A stretch of 41,563 nucleotides of DNA, taken from assembly GCA_020536535.1 (NCBI GenBank), contig JAHLWZ010000357.1, positions 1 through 41,563 on the forward strand. The letters are read 5' to 3'. The position numbers and the translations under genes were made by a program. The stretch is from Pelomyxa schiedti. Lineage: Eukaryota > Protista > Evosea. The notes under the pieces were generated by a model. The model did no database searches, was not told the origin of the DNA, and was given only the letters and a program-made list of their open reading frames with translations. Shown here in pieces: positions 15,932 through 26,900 of the stretch. Position 1 is the first letter of the stretch; every line of letters starts with the position of its first letter.

Positions 15932-18743
15932 TTAGTGACCACCAGAGGACGATGTCGACGTTGAAGAGGTAGTGTGAGAGCTGGATGTTGAGGGAGAAGG
16001 TGGTGCGGGGGTGGGTGTAGTTGTTGCTGCTGCCGATGTGGTTGTGGATGATGCTCCGGGAGTGCCGCCTGGGGTCCGGAGTGCGGGGTCATTGGCTTTG
16101 GTCAGTAGAACCTCGCCGGGGGATGCCCCTTTCTTGAGTTGGCTGGATGTGACACCCAAGCGGACCCGCAGCATGTCCTCCCAGGTGTAGCCCTGCATTT
16201 TGTAAGTCACTGGAAAGGAAAAGACAGGTCGCATGCATCTATGGAAGACGCTTTCTTTGCCATCTCTATAGCTTGGTCTCTTTGCCCATTGTAGAAATAT
16301 GACTCACAGAGCTCATAGTACGCATATGGGACATACCACTTGTCTACCATTTTATCCCGTGGAAGTGTGAGAATCTCTTTGAATAAGGCGATTGACTCCT
16401 CACAGCTGTGTCAGTTTAGTAAGGTAGTTGTATTTGATAGATTGGCTGGAATACCCAATATTTGTAACATATTTCAGAATGGCACCTTTGATCAACAAAT
16501 ACAAGGCCCTATTATCCACGATGTAACTATTGGCAGTCTTGTCAGGCTTGTCAACAATATTTTCTTTTTTTTGTGTAAGTGAAAGCTTTGAATGGGAAGG
16601 GGACCCACTGAATGTATTGAGTGAGAAGCCAGTCTTTTTAGGAGCAGCAGCCGGGGTTGGCAAGCCCAACGCCCCTGGAACTTTAGCTGCAGTTTCGTCG
16701 AGTAGCGTTGGATGAGCTGCAAGTGGCCGCTGCATTTTCGCTAAATCACGTTTGATGTAAAGTATCTCCCAGAGGCAAAGCTGTGGCCCAGCAATGAGAT
16801 ATCTAAAATTTGTTAATACTCTCCAGTAGCAAGGCGTTTTTTACTTGGTTGCAACGTGATCTACATAGTTATCTGTGCCCGACTTGTGCGGGTAGGCATT
16901 TGTTCTACAAATTGGGTGAGTTATGGGAAGGATGTCGTTTTCCTAACTGATGGAGTAATTGAGTGGCTTTGTCCAGCCTATTCAGCATCATGTAGCAACC
17001 GACAAGCTGAAGAGAGCTGAGGTGTCGCACCTACAAAAAAAAATAAAAATGAGAGGTTACTTCGTGAGCTTATCGCACACCTGGAATTCAGGGCAAGACA
17101 CCAAAGCCTCAAAACCTGTGGCGGCAGTTTCCCATTGCATGTTCATCATATGGCATGATGCCAGTTCAGAAAGAAACATCTGCGGCGGCCTACAGACTTC
17201 AGGAAAAACGTAGAGACTTATAGCCAAGAACTCACTTTGGTATGGACCTGCAGTTCTCCAGAGCTTGGTTCATGTGATAGATTCCTTTCTCAATATCACC
17301 CATCTTTCGAGCACAATGGCTTCCAAAAACATGGAAAAATGGGCCTTCAGGATATTTTGCAAGGCAAACCTAGTGCGAATAAGTTGGAGGGTTTTGCGCA
17401 CGGGTTCCCACCTTCACAAGCTGATCTGCAGAAGCCACAAACTCCGTCACATCCGCAAGGCCACGTGGAAGGAGAAGATTGTTAAAGAGCAAGACAATTG
17501 CAGCAAACGATTTCCTGTTTTTGGTGAGGAAGAGGAAATTTACCAAAGAGAACTATACCTTACAGAACCTCTTTCAAAAGTCTCGCGCATTGACTTGAGA
17601 CCTTCGACTCGATCTGCCTTAAAACCAACAAACTCTGCAAGTTTGAGGTATGTTGAAGGTATGACAGACATGGCAAACAAGAAAATCCCACATCCAAAAC
17701 GAAGGGATATCATTAAATCAGGGTGGTACTGATCCACATTTTTAAAATTCTAAAACAATTAGCGGAGAACTATAGATGAGCACACTCAATACCTCCATGG
17801 TTGCTTCAAAAACTTTCCAGCTCTTTCGTAGCTGCAGTGCTCCTTTTACTCTGCTACCTTTCAAGGCGTTAAGCACGGCATTCATATAAAGAACTTCTCC
17901 TAGAACCTACACGCACTTCAATTTTATGCAGTTACAGAGGGAGTGCATACCACTCGGCAATCAAAGTACGCATTGATGAAAGCACTTTTATTTGCAGCAG
18001 GGAACAAGACGCCAGGGGGAAGGGTATTTTTCTCGTAGAACTATGAAGTGAAGGATTAGAGAAACCGGAATCAAGCTGAGGCCTACCTTGAGGTGGGTAT
18101 CTGTCAGGGCCTTACATTCTTTCAAACGTTGGAAACCTGCTTCCGTATCTCTGTTATCTGCAGTGATGAAGGAGCGTACGAATACTGTCTGCATTTAAAA
18201 AAAAAAGGGGGGAGCGGGGGGGCAGGAGAACAGGTCAGGAACGTGTGCACGAGAAAGTTCATCAAATTCTGAAACGTGATTTACCTCGGCGTAATGGAGA
18301 GCGTGCCTGGGGCTCACGGCCTTGTGCTTAGCAAACACCGCCTCGGCTTCCGCGAACTTCCCGTTCCACAGCAAGTCAATGCCAGCCACGAGTTCGCCGA
18401 AGTCGATGTGTATTGCCGACGCAGACGCCGAAGGAGAAGCCGACGGCACTGACGGCAGCGAAGGCAGCGACAAAATCGCCTCCGTCGTAGCAGCAGACGT
18501 CGCGCTCGCGCTCGCGGTAACGGTAGGAGTTGACGTAGGGGGGCTCGGCAGATCGCTCGCGGCTGCCGAAGTGGAATCTCCCGAAGCCGAAGGCGTAGAA
18601 GTGGGGGGCGATGGCAAGATCTCGGCCGCCGCACCGTCGTCATGGTGGTGGTGATGGCGGTGATGGTGGCCCTCTGACGTAGATGACGACGACAGATCTG
18701 CGGTTTCCGCTGTTGGTGCCGTTGCCGCGTCGTTATCCCCCAT
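15932..18743 (-). CDS. TTC39/Iml2 (DUF3808)-family TPR protein, multi-exon
   Basis: The motifs GIDLLWNGKFAEAEAVF, VKGALQLRKSWKVF, FGCGIFLFAMSVIPSTYLKLAEFVGFKADRVEGL and the C-terminal YTWEDMLRVRL match the TTC39/Iml2 pattern. The N-terminus is Ser/Pro/Ala-rich with a His tract. Confidence 0.78.
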
Positions 18744-19242
18744 TTGTCTTCCTTTTCTTGTTTTTTTTTTTTTTTTTTTTGCGTTCGTTTGGCGAATGTG
18801 TTTGATCCCTTCTGCCTTTAGCCTTTGGCTGTTTCGAGATGGTTTTCCGGTCTCAGCGATGCCACTGGGAACATGGGGGGGAATCCCACAACGCGTAGGA
18901 AATCATGATCAACGGGCCCTTGTCTTCGAAGAGTGACCATTAAAGGGGTAAAGCAAGGAAAAGGAAGGAAACAAAGGCCGCGAAAAAGCGAGCTCGAGAA
19001 AAAACAAAACAAAATAGCAAAGGGAGGGAATCTAACCAGTCTAAGGTGTCACCCTACCCCCTCGACTATAATTATCCCATAATACCCCAAGGGTGTCACA
19101 CCCTCTGCCTTTTCCTCGCTTTTTTGTTTGCCTCGGCGTCCTTTTAAAATTCATAAGCTGTGGATTTGTTTAAAAATGAAGGTGTCTTTTTGAAGTCCAA
19201 ATTAACAGCACACAAACACAAACAAACAGGAGACACAATCCA

Positions 19243-22200
19243 ATGACCTCCCCACACCCTCAGCCACCGCAACCAACACAACAACAACAACAAACAGCAC
19301 GCCCACATGTAAGGACTTTGCCAACTCCTCCTTTACTTCCCCAAACGGCACAGCAACAGCAGCAAATCCAGGCACAGAGACTGAGGGCCCAGTCTCGGTA
19401 CAGGGCTGCCTCGCGTGCCGGGGGGCCCAGGCCACCGCAGGACCCTGCTGCAGCTTCGGCTACTAACCCTAACCCCAACACTGCTGCCATTATGGGTGGG
19501 GGTTCGGGAACCTCGTCGGCCATTGACATTCCGTTGGAATACGACACATCGCCACCATCATCACCTCCCCCGTCGCCCCCTCTCGATGACGCTCCTTTCG
19601 ATGGTGTGTGTGTGTGTCTGATTGTTGTTGTTGTGCTACTTTTTATTATGGTAATACTTTTATGTTAAAATTAAGCACTCTGTTTTGAATATATCTTTTT
19701 GTAACCCTGAAGCTACTGTGCACTGAAAACTAAAGGGATGTGTGTAGATAGCATGTACTTTGACGAGGAATGGGATAAACTACCTCCAGCTCCACCTCCT
19801 CCGACTGAGTCCCTGGAGGGCTCAGGGAACCCAGATAACATCTCGGAGGCTCCACCTCCACCACCAACCCCATACACAGAGAAAAGAGATACAGTGGCAA
19901 CCCGCCTTGAGACGCCACATGACCACACCACCGACATCAAATACACCGGACACCAGGGACCATTGGCCTCACCACCACCTCCACCACCATATTCCTCAAA
20001 AACCCTTCCCATTAAAAAAACCAGAAGAAAGTTACCACCACCACCTCCACCTGATGACTCTACATTATCATCTGAGGGTTCTGAGCAATCACATCTGACA
20101 ACTAAATCATCACTCACCCGCGCACACTCCAGCTCCCTTCTTTCCGCTCACGGTTCTTCTACACCTCCTCGCAATGACCAGAGCTCTGATGCTCACCCAA
20201 AGCAAATCCTCCGAGCAAGATCTGATTCCAGTTTATCTCCACCACGAGAAAGAGCAAGTGGAAAATCTGACGGAGCAACGGATTCCGCCAGTGAACAAGC
20301 ACAACTGAATACTGGGAAAGAGTCCCATTCAACTGAGAGTCAACCCAGTTCCCACAAAGATTCGCCTGCAATTTCCACTTCACTTTCAATTCCAGGTTTG
20401 TTACCTTTTCTCCCGTCTCAATTAATGAACAAACAGAACCCAGCCTTTCCCCCCAAAAATGGGTCTCGTGGGAGTCAGGATCTGTAACCCATCGCGAAAG
20501 AGCTGCAGCAGGGTTCCTCAGAGGAGTTCACCAATCACAGCACAAGCGTCTTGCCAGTGAAATGCCGCAAACTTCATCCTTCACATACTTTCCAGCAGTG
20601 TCTCACCATCAATCTCCACTTGTTCCCTATCGCGATGTATCCCCAACTCTATCAACGACACCATTGCCACCATTAGCCACTACAACCCAACCAACCGAGG
20701 CCCCAGATTCACCGCGCCAATCGGCTGAACTTATGGCATCTAAACTGACAAAACAAGACAAGAAGAAAATGGAAGAAGAGGAATTGCAACAAATACTGAA
20801 TAACAAAGAAAAACTGCACCAGCTCCTGAAGGATGCTGTTGAAGGAAGAAAACTCTTCCATAATGAAATCGAGCAATCTCAGTTGACTGATATGCAGCTA
20901 GTTGCTAGAGGTGCTGCTGCCAAAGTGTTCAAGTATTCACCCCAAGCCATAATCCTCTTTTTTTGCTAAGTCCTAAAAAGAGCCACATACACAAATGCAT
21001 CTGGGGAGGCGCGTATTGTGGCACTGAAGCATTACTCTCGCGAATACATGAATTTCGATCTTATGGAATTTCGTAAGGAAGCAGCTCTTCTCAGGTTTTT
21101 TTTTTTAACACACCATTCTTTATGTAACAATGCTCTAGCATTCTTTCCCATAAAAATTTAATCTCCTGTGTTGGAGCATGTACCAAATTGATAGACAAAC
21201 TATATCTTGTCACCCCGTTCTTTCCTTATACGTAATATACAAAGCGTACCTCCCCTATCTCACCTGATTCAGGTTGAGCAAGTTTGTGGAGCAACTAGGT
21301 GACGATATGCCAAAGATTCTTGGTCTGGCTAACGACATAGCATCCGCAATGCAGTATTTGCACTCTTTCAGCTTGATCCACAGGTTGGCTTTTCCTTTTC
21401 CAACATCACTAACTTCGAGCACAGAGACCTTAAAAGGTGAGTCAAGGACAGCGCCTTCCTTCCAACTAATAGTTAACAGCTCGAATGTGCTTGTTTCAGA
21501 AGATGGTATTGCAAAAGTTATAGATTTTGGCACAGGTATAGCAGTAAATAATGTTTTAAACTCAAGTTGGTGCAGTGCGTGTTGTTGATAGAGCTCTGAT
21601 GACTGGGAATCTGGGGACAGGTACCCACTCCCTTCTAGTTTTTGGCATTAACTATGTTCAGTTCAGTACATGGCACCTGAACTGTTCAGTAGTCATAGTT
21701 ACACTGTCAAGGCTGACGTGTATGCACCCAAAAAAACCTCAAAACACTAATACCCAAATATGACCACTCACTGCGCCTGCAGATACTCTTATGCCATAGG
21801 TATCTCTTTTCCTTCTGACTAGGTCTCATTTTTTCAAGTTGTGTGGGAAATGGTGACACGGAGTGTGCCATATGAAGATAAAGACACTTGGGCAATCCCT
21901 GGTACAATAGCAATTATGTTTCCTCCTGGCATTTACCACGATTAGTTTCGGTTTGCAAAGGTGAGAGACCTTCCATTCCAAAGGAAACCCACCCTGAGCT
22001 CGCGAAAATCATAAAGTACCAAAACTAAGTATGTGCAATTTTAACATGACCCAGGAAGTGTTGGAATCATAATCCGTCAAAGCGGCCCACATTCACCAAT
22101 GCGCTTGCCATGCTTGCTAAGTTGAGATCCCAAATTCGATCACAACAAACAGTTGTTGTAACACCGCCGGCACCCCCACCCCCACCTCCTACTGTCAGTG

Positions 22201-23379
22201 GAACTTGTGAAACGGAGGAGGAGAGTGTAACGGTAGTATCTCAACTGTATTGAAGACATTTACCCTTTTAGATAAACAAAGAGCTACTTGACTTTTCTCT
22301 TGTCAACGATGCATTCCCCCTCAAGACACAACTTGAAGATCATTTCATTATTAGCAACAATACACATCTTAAGCAAAAACTTAAGATTGACAAAATATCA
22401 CATCCGGACTTCCAAATATATTTTACGTTACCATCAACTGTAATAGAACCAGTATGCAACCGATTTCTTTTATTTGAACTAACCTATTCCAGAAATCATA
22501 CAAAAAAATACAAGCAAAACTTATTGTATCAAATAAAATTAATACACTTGTGCCGGTGCCCATTTATGTAGGTAAGTGCTTTTCTCTCCCAAATCTCTCT
22601 TTAACGTGGAGAAGGGGACACCCTCTTCGTAATAGAAGCCATTGTGCGCTGTGAGCCTTCTGTATTTGGCATTGACCCCACCACACTGGAACCATCTTCC
22701 GATTTCCCCGGTGTCCCACGGCTGCTCATTGCTCTGAAGTCATCATGTACTACACTCCTCACAACTGAGGGTGTGTTTCTTGTGCAACCCAGCTCAATGC
22801 GGAGAGCAAAAGAGCTGGTCAATATTGATCAGAGCTACGATACCCTCATTTCTCTTGGTCCGTTCACCGTGGCAGCATTAATTAAGGTACAGTCAGTTTT
22901 TACCCCCTTAACTCCTGGAAGTCTGACCCATTCCAGTTATGGTTCAGCGAGCTTCCTCAAGCTCTTTTTGGGTCCGCACTCCTGCTCCTTGATACTGACA
23001 GCTCAGTAAGCAAGGCTCTTGCGGTGTACCAACAAACCACAACAACACACACACATTCCGGCACCACACCTTATCCCGCACTAGCTACCTGGCTAATCCA
23101 GCTCCTTGCGGAGGTAGCTTCATCACCCCTCACCAAGACCACACCCACTTCCCTAGGTACAATTCCTCTTCTTTTATCTATTCTAACATAACCACAATAC
23201 TAAAACAACATTTCTTTCACCTCTATGCAGCCGGAGTTATGGCACCACACCTTTTCCGGATTGCAGCCACCTCCCTAGAGGAAGGACTGGGACTCACACA
23301 CAAGAGTGCTCATTTTGTTGAACAGCTTATTACTAGGACAATGCATCCACAACCACCAGCTTCAGCATCGTCCCTGTGA
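19243..23379 (+). CDS. Pro-rich TKL-type protein kinase with a C-terminal Ig/MSP-like domain and a degenerate RhoGAP domain, multi-exon
   Basis: Kinase motifs are VARGAAAKVFK, VALK, HRDLKSSN, DFG, GTVQYMAPE, DVYSYAIVVWEM and CWNHNPSKRPTF. In-frame GT-AG splicing continues into INKELLDF...HFIISNN and then VFGIDP..VPRLL..TEGVFL..TVAALIKLWFSELPQALF..LAGVMAPHLFR. The stop TGA is at 23377-23379. The N-terminal exon joins are less certain. Confidence 0.8.
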
Positions 23380-23786
23380 CCAGGTTCTACCAGTTTTTGT
23401 GTTGCTTGTATTTAGTATTTTTGGAAGTAAAAAGAATAAAAGTCTTTTTTCCTCACATTTAACGTGCAAAATCCCGTATTTTTAAGAGAGGAAAGGCTTC
23501 GGTAAGCCAACCTGAACAATGGAGAAGAAACTGGAACAATTTTGAATTGATTTATTAAAACTATCTCCTATCAAAGGAATATTTGAAGGAGACAGCACCA
23601 CGCTTTGCGGGTGAAAACAGTTAAAAACCTGCCTTGACGACAGCTAATGATCTCCATTAGTCTGATAAGTTGAAGACTTCTCTTCTCTGACACCTCGATT
23701 ATAAATGTGACCTCGAAATCCGGTATTATGGGTGGCTTGTTCTTTTCCTCCCTTGTTTAGCTTGTCGACTTCTTTTCTTCTATCAA

Positions 23787-23858
23787 TCCGATGTGGTGTA
23801 GTTGGCAACATCTCTGACTTTCACTCAGTGGCCCCGGGTTCGATTCCCGGCATCGGAA
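23787..23858 (+). tRNA. tRNA-Glu (anticodon TTC)
   Basis: Acceptor stem TCCGATG/CATCGGA, anticodon loop CT-TTC-AC within a CTGA/TCAG stem, and T arm CCGGG-TTCGATT-CCCGG; 72 nt. Confidence 0.95.
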
Positions 23859-23863
23859 TTTTT
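23859..23863 (+). terminator. Pol III oligo-T terminator of the tRNA
   Basis: TTTTT lies immediately after the discriminator base. Confidence 0.7.
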
Positions 23864-23908
23864 GTTTTTGTTCCTCCACTAGGAGCACAGAGGATTCTTG
23901 CACTTAAT

Positions 23909-26900
23909 TCAGGCGAATGTGACCAGGAATGACCGTATTTGCTTGGGGTCGATGGTGATGATTGTAGATGATAGTGTGGTACACGCATTCATTGATAGAG
24001 AGCATTCCTGCAGCTTATCAATTGATATCTGGTGGGAGTCTCCGGAAAGAAGTTGGCTGAGGTCTATTTCAACAGGTTTACTGTACTGAGGGCTCTCTCC
24101 AACGCCGTAAAGGTGCTCAAGTCGTAGCATCAAAGTATTCGCTTGGAATCCTCGATTCGGGTTAGTGCGCGTGAATTCCGGAATTTGTGTGGTTTATAGA
24201 AATAGTGAATGGAGGGGAATGTGTGTTGATGGGGAGGAGTATTTTGGGTTGGGAGATAGAAATATACCTGGCGGAGGAATTGCAGGAAGGCGGGGAGCCA
24301 AAGTGAAGAGGTGGATGTTGGGAGGAAGTGCTTGAATGGGCGAATATGAAGTCTGGTAGTTACCTGTTTGAGTTGAGAAGAAAACCGGTTGTGTTGGTGG
24401 GATTCATTATATGTTGAGAAATGGAATTACTTGTCCACTGTTTCCAGTCAGTAGTTGTGCCGTACAGGAAGTTTATGGGGTTGTTCAGCTGTCGAGCGTA
24501 CTGATGGACCGCATCAGTTGTGTTTGAGGGGTCATCCATCAGTATCCAGAATGTGTCACTTGTGTTTGGTTACAGAGCCGAAAAGGAAAAGAGGAAATTT
24601 TACTTGTGAGAGCAAGTATCATTCAGAGGCTCAACAACTCCTTGAGCTGGGTCATCATCATGGGATAGCCTTCGGTGAAGCACTAAAGTGCGTTAGAAAG
24701 TGAGGAGTACTTGTTTTAAATACTTAGTTCCACTTCCCCGTGAGCAACATTAGATGATCCATGAGAGGAATCGGTGAGGATAGTGAGCTGACTAGTGTAG
24801 TCCGCAACATACACCGTTGTGGAGCTTGGGAAATAGTTGCCTTCAAAGCCGTAAAGCTCGCGCCACTCCCGTTTATGCATGTTGTATGCAACGCTATCGG
24901 CAAAGAACCAGTGCCCTATATCCTCGTCTATAACTGAAGAAAAGCGTGTGATAAGTTCTTCATCAATTTGCTGATTGCCGTTGATTTCAATGAACGCCTG
25001 AGAGGCAATCAGAAAAAAAAATAACAACTCCAAGAAAGATTCACCTCAGCATAGGGAAGACCAGTGAATAGCCTGGTTGTCTGCTTGATGATTTGGGTAT
25101 CGGTATCATCCAGTATGCTCACTTCAATTTGTTGCACAAGCTGCCCATCAGTAAAGTTCACTTGTACTGCGGCAATATTCGCGATTTCGTGTGCGGGTCT
25201 GAAACTCCTAAAGAGATAGGCTCCGTCCTTGTGGCTTGTGTACCTTTTTAACGTGAATAAAGAAAGAAGCTCAGAAGGGTCTCACTGTAAGAATTTTTGG
25301 TCCACAATCATTTTTAGACTCCTTTCGTAGTTTGTGATTGAAGAGAGGAACCCATTACTGAAAACAAAACTTGCGACACCATTGTCTAGTGTGACACTGG
25401 ACCCAGCAGCCCCCGGAACAGTTATTTCTGTGTATCCAGATTGCCCAACAGAAATAAAATATGTACTCCAGCCAAGAGCAGGCACTGAGGCAGTGAACCA
25501 CAGTGTGTAACTACCGTCAGTATTTGGAATTACCTGTTATTTTAAGAGTTGTTCTCTTTATTAGAAGTGTTTACCTGGGCAGGCACAGCAGACCCCGCGT
25601 TGTCCATTACAGTTACATCCGATCTGTAGACAAGTACTGATACAGGTGTAGCCCTATCCCATCCTTTTGCTCAGTTAACTTGACAAAGAGTATGAACGGA
25701 ATTTCACCTAGCGAATTTTCTAGAATAATAACACCGGAATGCGTGCTATCAATTTGTTTAAGTGTATCGGGAGAAGCAGATAAGACGGGGGTAGGAGAGC
25801 TTATTGTTCGAAGTAGTAACTGAAGTAATTTTACGCATTAAGCTGCAATTTCATAACCTGCCTTAGGCATAAAGGTGGTTGCAAATTCCGTGCAGTTCTC
25901 TATGGCACCTTCCAACCTGGCCATGTCATCATCGGTAGGTATTTCTCGGGATGTTCCTGATAAAAAAGATCAGTGAGGAACTTGTAAAAGAAACAGGACC
26001 ACCTGTTACGGAGTCGTGGTGCTGAATAAGGGCTTCGTTTCTGCGCGCTTCTTGTATCATGGACAATTCCTATATCTCATGTAAGGAGTGCGACGAGGAG
26101 AAAGGACCTACCTCATTTGTGGGTGCAACAGAGTCAGTTACGACCCAGGAGAGAAGTTGGTCTCCCCAACGGATAGCACGATCAGCTAACAAAAATTAGC
26201 CAGATCAAAGGAGTTCCATAACGGCATACCTTGTCGGGATCGTATTTTCAGACATGAGTGAGAGGAGTAATATCTGGTCAAATTTAGTGGATAAAATAGG
26301 TTCAGGAGTGAGGAACCCAGAATGGAAACAGTTTGTCGACTGGGAATATGGGAAGAAGTCTGGACCTTCGTATGTGGGGAACTGGAAGTGAAGGTAAATT
26401 NNNNNNNNNNNNNNNNNNNNNNNNNNNNNNNNNNNNNNNNNNNNNNNNNNNNNNNNNNNNNNNNNNNNNNNNNNNNNNNNNNNNNNNNNNNNNNNNNNNN
26501 GTGAGGAGTACTTGTTTTAAATACTTAGTTCCACTTCCCCGTGAGCAACATTAGATGATCCATGAGAGGAATCGGTGAGGATAGTGAGCTGACTAGTGTA
26601 GTCCGCAACATACACCGTTGTCGAGCTTGGGAAATAGTTGCCTTCAAAGCCGTAAAGCTCGCGCCACTCCCGTTTATGCATGTTGTATGCAACGCTATCG
26701 GCAAAGAACCAGTGCCCTATATCCTCGTCTATAACTGCAGAAAAGCGTGTGATAAGTTCTTCATCAATTTGCTGATTGCCGTTGATTTCAATGAATGCCT
26801 GAGAGGCAATCAGAAAAAAATAACTCCAAGAAAGATTGACCTCAGCATAGGGAAGACCAGTGAATAATCTGGTTGTCTGCTTGATGATTTGGGTATCGGT

